The notes: generated by a model not told the origin, from the letters alone. A stretch of DNA of 25,080 nucleotides from Pseudomonadota bacterium (GCA_043767805.1 JAYUGC010000148.1:1-25080), one strand, 5' to 3'; shown: positions 1 through 9,132, numbered from the stretch's first letter. A program made the numbers and translations.

Positions 1-2
1 TT

Positions 3-437
3 GTGGGACGCGCGCGGATCCGTGGGGTGGTACCGAAGCTTGAGAACGCGTCACTGACGACCACCTCGGAAACGCCGCATGAGCCCTCTGACACGGCGAA
101 GGCAGGCATGGGGTTTCTGTTCTTGTTCGTGATTCTTGGTGTCCACACTTTGTGGCTGGGCATTTGTTTGCAGCAGATGAAGTCCCGCTCGTCCGCGCCG
201 GCCTTCTGGCGGTGGTTGCCGGTGCTGAACCTCGCGGTTTTGTGCGATGTCGCGGGACATAGCCGCGTGTTTGTGATGTGGCTTATGCTGCCCTTCGTGA
301 ACGTGTTGTTTTGGGCGTACATGTGGGCGTCGGTCGCGCGGTCGAAGTCGATGAGTAGTGCTTGGGGATGGTTGTGCGTGTTTCCGGGGTTGTCGCTGTT
401 TCTTGCTCCTTACATTTCAGCGAAGACAGTGAGGTAG
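3..437 (+). CDS. DUF5684-like integral membrane protein, probably 5'-truncated by the window edge
   Basis: Frame is open from the window start. The hydrophobic C-terminal half has the W-x-W-L-P-V-L-N ... L-P-F-V-N-V-L-F pattern of DUF5684-type proteins. True start not determinable (an internal ATG lies at 108). Confidence 0.6.
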   Translation: MGRARIRGVVPKLENASLTTTSETPHEPSDTAKAGMGFLFLFVILGVHTLWLGICLQQMKSRSSAPAFWRWLPVLNLAVLCDVAGHSRVFVMWLMLPFVNVLFWAYMWASVARSKSMSSAWGWLCVFPGLSLFLAPYISAKTVR

Positions 438-681
438 CCTTCTTACAGATCGTCTCCATCTCGCAGAACGAGCCGTCCCAAGTGACAAGTGGAAGCTCAA
501 ATCGGCGGAGCTCTGTAAGTCGGCGGAGCCCTACATTAGAAAAGTCGATGCGGCGAACGATGCCGACGCGCAATCGGCCTTCCTGGCGGAATGCCCGGAG
601 CTCGCCAAGCTCGTTTGGCCCAAGTAATTCAACCACTTAGGGCGGCATTATCCCTACACCTTGTTCGGGTACGCTCGGGGG

Positions 682-1530
682 ATGGGTTTAGCCGCCGTAA
701 AAGACTTCGAGAAGCCCCGAGTCCTCAGGTACCGCGCGCACGTGCGGTGGATATTCAAAGGATGTTACGCCCTGGGCGCTCTCTTCGCGGTGTTCACGCT
801 AGCGATCCTCGCGCTCAAGGGGCAATTTAGAAATCCGAACGGCGGGCTCATCTCCGGGGCTTTCATGGCTTTCATTTCAGCCGAGTGTTTCTTTTTGGGC
901 CGCTTTCTAGTGCGTCCGCTTAGCCAATTCAAAGTTCAAATCTACGACGACTCGATGACGCTCTTTCGCGTCGGAAAAGAAATCGTCATCCCCTTTAGCT
1001 CCATCGCCAAAGTGCGCTTTTCGAGCATCCCCTACATCGGCGGCTGGTTCATGATCAAGCTCGAGAACCGAAAGAGCTACCGCTTTACCGTGGTCCTCGA
1101 GCGCAGCGATTATCTCTTGGACGCCATTCACCAAGCTCGCCCCGGACTCTGTCAGGAAAAGAAGTTCTTTAGATACCGGCGTACGGCCATCTTTGCGGAC
1201 CACAGCTGGGCGCGCCTCTACGACGCCTGCCGCCGCTGGCCTCTGCTCGTCGTAAAATATGGCCTCTTCCCCATCACCGGGTTTTTTGTCGTGCGCGAGC
1301 GAGGCCTTCCGCTTCTCGCGCCGACCGCGGCCCTCCTAATGCCGATGTTCGGTTACGCGCTCTACCTGCTTGGCGAGATGATCTTCGCGGCGCGTGTGCG
1401 CAAAGCGCTTAAGATCGACGCGAGTAACGTCCGGAGAGACGTGACCAAGGAGAACTCGCTACTACGAAAGCTCAACTGGTTCTACTACGGCTCGCTGACT
1501 CTGGCGCTCGCGCTGCTCTTTCTCAAATAA
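682..1530 (+). CDS. Membrane protein with a bacterial PH-like domain
   Basis: ORF 661..1530; ATG at 682 follows a G-rich SD-like tract. Two TM helices, then a beta-rich segment (VQIYDDSMTLFRVGKEIVIPFSSIAKVRF) typical of bPH domains, then further TM helices. Confidence 0.65.
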   Translation: MGLAAVKDFEKPRVLRYRAHVRWIFKGCYALGALFAVFTLAILALKGQFRNPNGGLISGAFMAFISAECFFLGRFLVRPLSQFKVQIYDDSMTLFRVGKEIVIPFSSIAKVRFSSIPYIGGWFMIKLENRKSYRFTVVLERSDYLLDAIHQARPGLCQEKKFFRYRRTAIFADHSWARLYDACRRWPLLVVKYGLFPITGFFVVRERGLPLLAPTAALLMPMFGYALYLLGEMIFAARVRKALKIDASNVRRDVTKENSLLRKLNWFYYGSLTLALALLFLK

Positions 1531-2152
1531 CCGACTTCTCGACATTCTCATAGACCATGAGCCCCCAGATGCCCCATAGGGCGAGGCACAGGATGAGCGC
1601 TCCCATCGCACTGAAGTAGGCGACCGCTCCCACCATGAGATAAGCGGGCACGCCGAGCACCAATCTCCTGCGAATACGGCCAAGCTGACTCTGCGGCACG
1701 TCTGGTCGCAAGAGGCGCCGATTGTGCGAGGCCGCGAGCCAGAGCAAATTGAAAGCGAGATTCAAAGCGAGCATCACGCCCGCGTAAGCTGCCATGGCCG
1801 TGGAAGCGCCAGGTTCCAGCAGATAGCGGGCGACTAGCGCCGTCGGAAACGGCACCACCGTTACGATGAGCAGCACCACACCATTGGCGATGAGAAAAAA
1901 GCCGTCCGCTCGACGGACAAACTGAAAGAGCGCGTGATGGCCCATCCAAAGTACCAGCACCGTGCCGAAACTGATGACGAACGCGATGTAGGTGGGCCAG
2001 CTCTTAATCAGCGCGTCGGCTAGCTCCGCCGGCGTCGCGCCCGCGGCAAGAACCGGCACCTTCAAGTCGAGACTGAGTAGTGTCAGCGCAATCGCAAATA
2101 CGCCATCGCTCAAAGCTTCGAGCCGAACGACGTCCCGGACGGCGGCGCTCAT
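1523..2152 (-). CDS. TMEM175 family (DUF1211) potassium channel
   Basis: N-terminal signature RLEALSDGVFAIALTLL (consensus RLEAFSDGVFAIAxTLL), W-x-x-H-H motif (LWMGHH), VVPFPT, about 6 TM helices, 209 aa. Confidence 0.92.
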   Translation of the reverse strand: MSAAVRDVVRLEALSDGVFAIALTLLSLDLKVPVLAAGATPAELADALIKSWPTYIAFVISFGTVLVLWMGHHALFQFVRRADGFFLIANGVVLLIVTVVPFPTALVARYLLEPGASTAMAAYAGVMLALNLAFNLLWLAASHNRRLLRPDVPQSQLGRIRRRLVLGVPAYLMVGAVAYFSAMGALILCLALWGIWGLMVYENVEKSVI

Positions 2153-3165
2153 AGGGGCGACTTCAGCTTCATCTCGTAAACCCCGGATTTACCCACGCCT
2201 TGTGAGGCGCCCGCGATAAAGAGCTGGCCACCCTTCGGCGCGTAGCCGAATAGACCCGGATGAAAGTCCTTCGCGTCACTCAGTAACGTGCTCACGCCCG
2301 GCTGCTGAGGAAAGAAGAGCTGCAAATCATCCGCTTGATTGCGAATGAGTACGACGGGCCTGTTGATATCGAGCTGCACGATGTCCTTCGGGCTCAAATC
2401 AAAATAGCTGCGCACGCCCGCTTCGCGCCAGAGTACGCCTTCGTGGCTCGTGAGCATCACCGCGCCCTGCTTCGGGAAACGCAGCAAGACTTCCGTATCA
2501 CGCACCTCAGGCACCTCTTCGAAGCCCGGCTCTTCCTCCCACTTGCAGTTCGGCAAGTTCAAGCGGAACAAGCGCACCAAAGCGCGTCCCCCTTTGGCGC
2601 GGCGGATGGCGTGAAAGTAAGCGTAAGGAAACTGACTGCCGCGCGAGAGCTTTAACTCCGCGACGGGCGGCGTCTTACAAAGCGGTGCCGGATCCTTCGC
2701 GGCATCGGCGAGACTATAAAGCTGGTACCAGGTGCCGAAGAGGCCTCGTTTTGCGACCGCACCCGTGTAGCTAATCGGCGTCTGCAAAACCGTCTCGGCC
2801 ATTTGAAACCACTTCGGCAAAACGCGCGGGCGAAGAGTGGCGAGCGGATACACCGTCATGGGATTCGCAAACACCGCAAATGATCCGGTATTGGCCGATA
2901 CGCAAGAGCCGGGCTCGTACTCGACGACTTTGGCTTCGCCTTTTGCCGTCTGAAAGAGGAGTCGCTTTTCCAGCTCGAAAGGAACCAAGTTGCGAATGTC
3001 GTCGTTCGTTTGGTGGTAATTTTTCGTCGAGACGAAATCGGAAATGAGATCCGGCACCGGGCACGGGCCGTCTCCGTAAGTTCCGCCCTGCGCCGGACGG
3101 GCCGGCATCAAAAGCAAAAGAGAAAAGAACGTGGAGGCCAAGTAGTGCCGTTTATCTTTTACCAT
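2149..3165 (-). CDS. Secreted hypothetical protein, possibly beta-propeller-like
   Basis: 338-aa ORF with a signal peptide (FFSLLLLMPARPAQG). Its stop overlaps the TMEM175 start (ATGA) and its start overlaps the upstream stop. The C-terminus (YAPKGGQLFIAG...GVYEMKL) resembles a propeller blade. Confidence 0.7.
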   Translation of the reverse strand: MVKDKRHYLASTFFSLLLLMPARPAQGGTYGDGPCPVPDLISDFVSTKNYHQTNDDIRNLVPFELEKRLLFQTAKGEAKVVEYEPGSCVSANTGSFAVFANPMTVYPLATLRPRVLPKWFQMAETVLQTPISYTGAVAKRGLFGTWYQLYSLADAAKDPAPLCKTPPVAELKLSRGSQFPYAYFHAIRRAKGGRALVRLFRLNLPNCKWEEEPGFEEVPEVRDTEVLLRFPKQGAVMLTSHEGVLWREAGVRSYFDLSPKDIVQLDINRPVVLIRNQADDLQLFFPQQPGVSTLLSDAKDFHPGLFGYAPKGGQLFIAGASQGVGKSGVYEMKLKSPL

Positions 3166-4211
3166 TGGGCAAGCCCTCCATTGGCTTTGGCGCTCACTCG
3201 CAACGCAGGCACGAGATGCACCCGGATTCCTTCGAAACCTAGACTATCTTTCGGAAGCTGTAATTCCGTAAGGCGCGAGGCAAAACGCGCGGCGGTTTCC
3301 CGCAGCTCGTCTTGCGAGACTTTGAGCAAATTGGTCGCCTTGCGGATGGTAAGGGTCGGCTTGTGCCCGAAGAGCTGAATCATCTCCCGCATCCCGGGCT
3401 GATTCACCCGGATAGTGTGACCCAGGTGAGACAGCTCGGTCGTGCCGCGCTTCTCAACGGCTAAAATCGTGCGCTGGGAAAGCTGTTTGCGGTACACGTT
3501 ATCGAGCCGCTCGATATGGATGCCGACTGTGCGAAACTTGCCCCACTCCGCTTCCCGGCTGATGGCGCCGATTTCAGCACGGGCCGAGTCGAACTCCATC
3601 GCTTGCAGGTGCGCGCGGATGAGCGCGTCCTTCGCGGAGAGCAGGCAATACCACTCTTTTTGCGAATCTGTCGACGAGACTAGGGTGCTAAGCCGCTGAA
3701 TGGATTCCCCCGTGCGACCCTGGTGGCGAAGCGCGATGCACCGCCAGATCTCCAGGAGTTTCGCCAGCTGTGGATCTCTCGCCTCGAAATTCAAGGAATG
3801 GATCAGCGCCACCGTGTCACTCACGGGAGAAAGCCAGGCGAGCATCATCACGGCCTTGATGCGCATGTCGGGATCCTCGCCCGCCTTATCTCTCGCATAC
3901 TCGAAAAGCCGCTGCCCCCGCACCTTAGAGCCAGTGAAAGCGTGGACGTAACCAAGCGCGTAGGCGATTTGCGGGTTTTGCGCCTTCTCGAAATGCTGCT
4001 CGAGAATGGGCAGATAAAATTTGAGCTCGTCCACGCGATCGAGCTCGAGGAGCGTGCGCGCGTAATGACTCACATGCTCTAAATGGGCGTCGCTCAACTG
4101 AAACGGCAGCGTGGAAAACGACTGCCGGTAGATGTGATACGCCTGGCGAAATTGATAGCGACGGAAGTACTCCTGCGCCTCAGCCAGTTTCTCTTTCTCA
4201 GAGGGTCTCAT
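3159..4211 (-). CDS. TPR-like helical-repeat protein with a putative C-terminal winged-helix DNA-binding domain
   Basis: ORF 3159..4319. Start reassigned to ATG 4211 (MRPSEKEK) because a promoter-like element lies in the upstream part of the ORF. TPR-like helices (e.g. IAYALGYVHAFTG...GQRLFEYA). The C-terminal ~90 aa have a beta-helix-helix-helix-beta pattern like OmpR-type wHTH domains. Confidence 0.65.
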   Translation of the reverse strand: MRPSEKEKLAEAQEYFRRYQFRQAYHIYRQSFSTLPFQLSDAHLEHVSHYARTLLELDRVDELKFYLPILEQHFEKAQNPQIAYALGYVHAFTGSKVRGQRLFEYARDKAGEDPDMRIKAVMMLAWLSPVSDTVALIHSLNFEARDPQLAKLLEIWRCIALRHQGRTGESIQRLSTLVSSTDSQKEWYCLLSAKDALIRAHLQAMEFDSARAEIGAISREAEWGKFRTVGIHIERLDNVYRKQLSQRTILAVEKRGTTELSHLGHTIRVNQPGMREMIQLFGHKPTLTIRKATNLLKVSQDELRETAARFASRLTELQLPKDSLGFEGIRVHLVPALRVSAKANGGLAQW

Positions 4212-4243
4212 CTTAGATTTTTTTGGGAGTGCGTTAAGGCATA

Positions 4244-4271
4244 ACTCTAGCATTCGCGTCTTCCAACTCAA
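4244..4271 (-). promoter_or_regulatory. Putative sigma70 promoter for the TPR/secreted/TMEM175 operon
   Basis: Minus strand reads TTGAGT-N16-TAGAGT with a TG extension (TGcTAGAGT), about 30 nt upstream of ATG 4211. Confidence 0.4.
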
Positions 4272-4322
4272 AACATTCGAAAACGAGCGTTCGCTTTTGT
4301 TAATGCCGAATTTGGACAATTG

Positions 4323-4357
4323 CGGCGGGAGAAGGGAACCGTGCCCTTCTCCCGCCG
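4323..4357 (-). terminator. Strong hairpin, probable terminator of the protease gene
   Basis: Perfect 14-bp inverted repeat CGGCGGGAGAAGGG-N7-CCCTTCTCCCGCCG, 10 nt after the protease stop. No clear U-tract. Confidence 0.65.
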
Positions 4358-4367
4358 ACAGGTAAGA

Positions 4368-5588
4368 TCACTTCACGCCGTAGCGCACCGTGCAAGCCGA
4401 CGACCCGCCCGGCCCTTTTACGAGTCCCGCCGCGATGAAGACACCCGACGTGGCGGGAGTGATGACCCGTTTTCCTCCGCCCGCGGACACTGCCTTGCCT
4501 TCCAATTGCGCGGTGCTCACGCTCCCACTCGGGATTAAGTCCAAGGTGAGTGATTGCCCCAAGGTCACGAAGGAAGGTGTCGCTGTCACCGTGCAACTGG
4601 GCGCGGCTTCCACCGGCCCGGTGACTTTGATGTTGAGGATGGTCTCGTCCGTTCCGCTCGCGCTTTTTACGGAGAGGCGCACGAAGTACTCGCCCGCGTC
4701 GTTCTTGCCGGGCTTCATGATGAGCGTGTCATCATAAACACTCATCCACGATGGCGCCGCGGACTCGATGGACCAGCTCAGGTTTCCCGACGCTCCGTTG
4801 ACCAAGACTTCCAGGGGCTGGTCGAGCTCGCCGCCGGCCGGGAACGAGAACGTAAAGACCTGCTTCTTGAAGAGCGGGGCCGCGGGCTTGCCATCGCAAC
4901 TTTCCGACACGCCGCAAATCTCGAGGCCACTGGTGTCCGCGACATCGACGAGAAACTTGCGTGTCTCGGGAAGAGCCAAATAAGAGCTGTAGTTCGTGTC
5001 TTTGATGTTGCCCTTGCTGTTGATACCCACCACTCGGTACTCACCGGCTTCCTTGGCTAGGGCCGGGCCACCGGAATCTCCAAAACAAAGGGCCGCACCG
5101 TTTGCCGTATTCGACACGAAGTCCGAGGCGGAAAAGGCGCTTACCACGGACGTCCCCATGCGAAGCGCTCCGTCATTGCCGCCGCCACCTCCCGGCGAGG
5201 TGCAGCCGTAGCCCAGCAGAAACACTTGATCGCCTACGGCGACCGTGCTGCCCACCGCGACGGGCCTTGCTCCGTTGATGTCTTCATCCACAACGACGAC
5301 GCTCACGTCCGTGTCCTTCGCGGGATAGTCCGGATGCCGAATGCCTTTTCCCCGATAAGGGCGGGCTCCATACGAAAACTCGACAGTATCTCCCGTCTTG
5401 AAGCAGTGAGCCGCGGCGATCAGCGCGCGAGGTCCCACCACCGTGGCGGTACAAGTCCCGCCGTTGGACTTCACCGTTACGATTTCCGAAAACGTCCCTT
5501 TGGGGACGACCACGCCATTGATGATGCGAGTACTGGCGCTAGCGACGAAACACAGCGCCAAAATAAGAGCCGTTATTGGGAACTTCAT
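4368..5588 (-). CDS. Secreted S1 (chymotrypsin/trypsin-fold) serine protease with two C-terminal Ig-like domains
   Basis: Signal peptide, activation site R|IING, catalytic motifs AAHC, DTDVSVV and GDSGGP. C-terminal He_PIG/cadherin-like module (APSWMSV...DAGEYFVRLSV) and a second Ig-like module. SD-like GAGG upstream. Confidence 0.93.
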   Translation of the reverse strand: MKFPITALILALCFVASASTRIINGVVVPKGTFSEIVTVKSNGGTCTATVVGPRALIAAAHCFKTGDTVEFSYGARPYRGKGIRHPDYPAKDTDVSVVVVDEDINGARPVAVGSTVAVGDQVFLLGYGCTSPGGGGGNDGALRMGTSVVSAFSASDFVSNTANGAALCFGDSGGPALAKEAGEYRVVGINSKGNIKDTNYSSYLALPETRKFLVDVADTSGLEICGVSESCDGKPAAPLFKKQVFTFSFPAGGELDQPLEVLVNGASGNLSWSIESAAPSWMSVYDDTLIMKPGKNDAGEYFVRLSVKSASGTDETILNIKVTGPVEAAPSCTVTATPSFVTLGQSLTLDLIPSGSVSTAQLEGKAVSAGGGKRVITPATSGVFIAAGLVKGPGGSSACTVRYGVK

Positions 5589-5762
5589 GAGTTGCCTCGT
5601 GATTTTGTTTTGAGAGTTTTGGGGTGTGTGATTTTCCGGAAATCAAACTGTCTACAATCGATACTGACACACGAAAAACGCGCGCCCCGGAAGCATCCGA
5701 ATTGGTTTAGACAAAAGTTAAGGACAAAAAGACGAGCCCAGTCGTGGTAGGCTTCTCCGAAC

Positions 5763-7016
5763 GTGCACTCCGTCGTCAGACTTCTCACGGCAGTATGGCT
5801 CTTGAGTCTATGCGCCTGCGCGTCACGGCAACTCGACTTCACCTGGAAACCGAAGGAAGTGAACGGCCGCAAGGTCATCCTCTTCGTCCCTGGGCTCTAC
5901 GGATCAGCTCTTGCCGAGACCAAGTCGGGAAGCCGCGTTTTTCAGACCCTCGGTCAGGCGCTTTGGGGAAAAATCCCGCTCGCTCTCTCCGGAAAAGAAC
6001 TGGGCATCGAAGACGCACGTGAGCTTCGCGCCGACGGGGTTTTAGATGGCGTCAACGTAATCCCGCTAATCTATACGGCCGATGGCTACGGAGATACCTT
6101 CGATTATCTAACCGATACCTTCAGTAAGAAAACGAAGGTCATTCCCTTCGCCTACGATTGGCGAAGAAACAACGTAGAAGCCGCTCAGTTACTCGGCCGC
6201 AAGATCCGGCAGCTGCGCGCGGCGGGCGCGAAATCCATCGCTCTCGTCGGTCACAGCCTTGGCGCCCTGCTCGTCGCCTATTACCTTAGGTACGGCGAGC
6301 AGGAACTCGAGAAGGCTGAAGAAAACTGGGAAGGCACGAAGTACGTCGATGCCGCGGTCGTCGCGGGGGGGCCCTACGCCGGCTCCATGACTTCCTTTCA
6401 TGATTTCCTGCGCGGCACTTCCGTCGGGCTCTCCAGCACTCCGCTCGCCGCGGAAAGTATCGGTACCTTCTACTCTTTCTATCAGTTTTTACCACGGGTG
6501 GAGACCGGCTACTTTCTCAGCCCGGACATGTCGTCTTTCGGAGAAGCTCTCTTTAGCGTCGACAACTGGAGAAAATGGAACGCCGGTCTCTTTAGCGGCG
6601 ACAAGAAAGCGAAGGGGCCGCTGCTTCTCAAACGAACGAAATACACCGAGCGGGCGCTGAGCGTGGGCCGTAAATTTTCGGACCTCATGGCCAGGCCGCA
6701 GTCTCATCCCCCGATTCGCAAGATTTCGCTACTAGCCATCTCTGGCACGGGAAAGAAGACTCTAGGACGTGCGTACTGGTCAGGAAAGCAGTGGCTCTTT
6801 AAGGACAAAGCCATGCGCGAAATTACCGGCTCAGAGGTGGCGACCTTGCTTGAAGACGGGGACGGCTTGGTAACGACGGCCTCCTCCAAGTTACCCGCGG
6901 CCTTTAACAGCCTTGCCGTGCAAATCTTTCAATTTCCCATGGAGCACAGAGGCATGTACTTGCAATCCGACGTGCAAGACAAGGTGACTCCCTTTCTCAC
7001 GAGTCTCGGGTATTAG
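5763..7016 (+). CDS. Lipoprotein alpha/beta-hydrolase, LCAT/phospholipase-like lipase or acyltransferase
   Basis: Lipobox-like LCAC; motifs FVPGLYGS (oxyanion), FAYDWR, nucleophile GHSLG, GDGLV (Asp) and a C-terminal EH (His), the typical LCAT-family motif order. Confidence 0.88.
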   Translation: MHSVVRLLTAVWLLSLCACASRQLDFTWKPKEVNGRKVILFVPGLYGSALAETKSGSRVFQTLGQALWGKIPLALSGKELGIEDARELRADGVLDGVNVIPLIYTADGYGDTFDYLTDTFSKKTKVIPFAYDWRRNNVEAAQLLGRKIRQLRAAGAKSIALVGHSLGALLVAYYLRYGEQELEKAEENWEGTKYVDAAVVAGGPYAGSMTSFHDFLRGTSVGLSSTPLAAESIGTFYSFYQFLPRVETGYFLSPDMSSFGEALFSVDNWRKWNAGLFSGDKKAKGPLLLKRTKYTERALSVGRKFSDLMARPQSHPPIRKISLLAISGTGKKTLGRAYWSGKQWLFKDKAMREITGSEVATLLEDGDGLVTTASSKLPAAFNSLAVQIFQFPMEHRGMYLQSDVQDKVTPFLTSLGY

Positions 7017-8803
7017 TTCGTCGGCAGCGTGGCCGGGATGCGGCCAGTGGTCTTTTGATAGGCTTGGGAAAGCCGCGAGAACGCAGCGCAGTTCCAGGTC
7101 AAACCGACGGCGCCGATGGAAACCACGGGTGCATCCGGATCGCCGCTGAACTGTTCGCTCGTGAACCCGTTGGCGTCGATACCGCTCGCCAGGATGCGAG
7201 CGCCGATCTCATTACCCCGGTGCTCAAGCTTCTTTTGAATCTTAGAGAAAAGCTCTGGGTGCGTTTTCGCGTTGATCTTGAGGCTGCTGTCCGGATGTTT
7301 CTCGAGTTGCTGCGCCCATTCCTCGGGAAACGCCCCGTTCATGACGATTTCATAAAATCGGCGGTTAAAGGTATTGACCTCGAGCTCTCCCGCTTTCGCG
7401 TTCTCGTTGGCGACGCGATAAAACATCTCGCCCATCGCCATGGTGGTGATGATCCACGGGTGACCGGCCGATTTCGGGCTACCATCTTCGTTCTGAAGCC
7501 GGCGCTCGCCCGTCCAAGGATCTTTCCGATAGCGGCCGTAGGCGGTTCCGGGAATGCCTTCGATGCGATTCATGGTGAAAGCCGGATCGTTTTTGAAGTC
7601 GTCGTGCAATTTCGCGGCAGTGGCCTGGACTTTGGGGTCACTGACGGAGAATCGTCCCCGTTTACGGCGGAGCGCCGCCATGATGACGAGCATGTCGAGA
7701 TCGGAGTCTTTGCGCATGCCGCCCTTAATATTGATACTCGACTTGATATAACCATCCTGGAAAAAGTGATCCAGGGACGCAGCCGCCTGGAGGCCGGCAT
7801 TCCTATACGGTTCCGCGCCGGGTAAACCCTGGCGCTCCATGAGCCTCGCGCCCTCAAGCAAAGCTTCCGCCTGGACTGCGCGCGTGAAGAAGTGATCGCC
7901 GTACACTTCTTCCCAAGCATCGTAAGAAGGATCTCCCCAGCGGCCTTTCAAGAAGTCCAAGTCGTGTTTCAAGACGGCGAGCGAAGTCTCCATGGCTTTG
8001 GTGACTTCTTCAGGAACCGCTTGGTTAGCCTTAAGAACGTCTTTTCTATCCAGCTGAAAACCTGCGTACGCTTGAATGACGGCCACAGCCCGCAACGCGG
8101 GACCATCATTTTGAGGACGTCCCCAAGGCTCGTCGAACGCGGCCGGCTCCCACGTCTTTCTTCCGTCCTCATGGGTCACTTCGATGACCCGGTACTTTGG
8201 CTCGCCGTAACGCACCGGAATCGCGCCGTGGTGTTTTTCATCCACGAAAAAGCCCGCGCCTTTTTCATCGAAAACCATCCACTCGTGCTTGATGGGCGTT
8301 TGCTGAACCTTTCGGGAAAAATCGACAAAAGCTCTGAGCACGGTGGAGTACTGCTTTTTCTCTTCGCTCGTGGAGGCCGGGCTCATGCGCATGTAGGCCA
8401 CGCTTTCGGCGGCAATCCCCGAATCGCGAATCCAGTGGAAGCGGTAATCGGGCTCGCCCGGATCTTCGCCCTCGGGCGGACGACCGCCGGACGGAGACGC
8501 GAGCACCGCTCCCGAATAGGAGCCGTCGCTATTTTTTATGAAATTAGTAAGAAGGTGTTCCTTTTGCGAGGCACGCCATTTCGATCCTTCAGCATCGAAA
8601 GTCTGGCGAAGCCTGTCGGCGCTCTCGTCCTGGGTCAAAGAAGGCAAGGACCACCACGAACGAGGCGCCTTCTGTTCGGCGTCGGGCGCGGGCGCGGGAG
8701 TGCCATCTTTTGGCGGCTCCGCTTTTGAAATTGTGGTCAGTGCCAAGCCTAGCAAGACCAAATATAGAAGCCTCTTCAACCCATACCCCCTAATGCGACC
8801 CAT
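7013..8803 (-). CDS. Secreted glycoside hydrolase family 15 glucoamylase (fungal-type motif set)
   Basis: Signal peptide; motifs ASPS, PDY-x-x-HWIRDS, GEPKY, WGRPQNDGPALRA, DAWEE (catalytic acid), GRY-x-x-D, GHPW, SEQ (catalytic base), LTW. Confidence 0.9.
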   Translation of the reverse strand: MGRIRGYGLKRLLYLVLLGLALTTISKAEPPKDGTPAPAPDAEQKAPRSWWSLPSLTQDESADRLRQTFDAEGSKWRASQKEHLLTNFIKNSDGSYSGAVLASPSGGRPPEGEDPGEPDYRFHWIRDSGIAAESVAYMRMSPASTSEEKKQYSTVLRAFVDFSRKVQQTPIKHEWMVFDEKGAGFFVDEKHHGAIPVRYGEPKYRVIEVTHEDGRKTWEPAAFDEPWGRPQNDGPALRAVAVIQAYAGFQLDRKDVLKANQAVPEEVTKAMETSLAVLKHDLDFLKGRWGDPSYDAWEEVYGDHFFTRAVQAEALLEGARLMERQGLPGAEPYRNAGLQAAASLDHFFQDGYIKSSINIKGGMRKDSDLDMLVIMAALRRKRGRFSVSDPKVQATAAKLHDDFKNDPAFTMNRIEGIPGTAYGRYRKDPWTGERRLQNEDGSPKSAGHPWIITTMAMGEMFYRVANENAKAGELEVNTFNRRFYEIVMNGAFPEEWAQQLEKHPDSSLKINAKTHPELFSKIQKKLEHRGNEIGARILASGIDANGFTSEQFSGDPDAPVVSIGAVGLTWNCAAFSRLSQAYQKTTGRIPATLPTN

Positions 8804-9132
8804 GAATTGAGAGCAAAGGACGGGCCAGGCTTTTAAGCACTCGATGACTTTTGGTGCCCGTATTTAAAAACGACAATGAAGAAAAGCTGAGGCGATATCG
8901 GCGTACTCAGCGGGGATACGGCCGGTCGGCGGAAAGGCCATGAAAAAGGCGAACTAACCGCCCGTACGCGAGGGTTCTGTGGTGGGCTTCCAAACGCCCT
9001 TCCCTAAGAAGGACAGAGCCATTGTTTCCATGAACGCGGTACCGATACAGGCAGAACTCGTTGCATGCCCAAGTGGATGCTTCGGGCAACTTGCTCTGGG
9101 ACAACCAGACCGTCTGGAACCGCGTCCGCTAA

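Noticed and set aside
4212..4319. N-terminal extension in the ORF track (likewise 11137-11172, 15140-15190, 16885-16917, 20907-20978, 20963-21067, 22996-23055)
   Set aside because: Downstream starts fit SD sites, signal peptides or promoter positions better, and some extensions overlap neighbouring genes.
1523..5588. Protease + TPR + channel as an anti-phage system
   Set aside because: The protease is a secreted zymogen-type enzyme separated by a strong hairpin, and no NTPase, nuclease or other defence domain is visible.
7055..8728. 256-aa and 278-aa + strand ORFs
   Set aside because: Antisense to the motif-supported GH15 gene.
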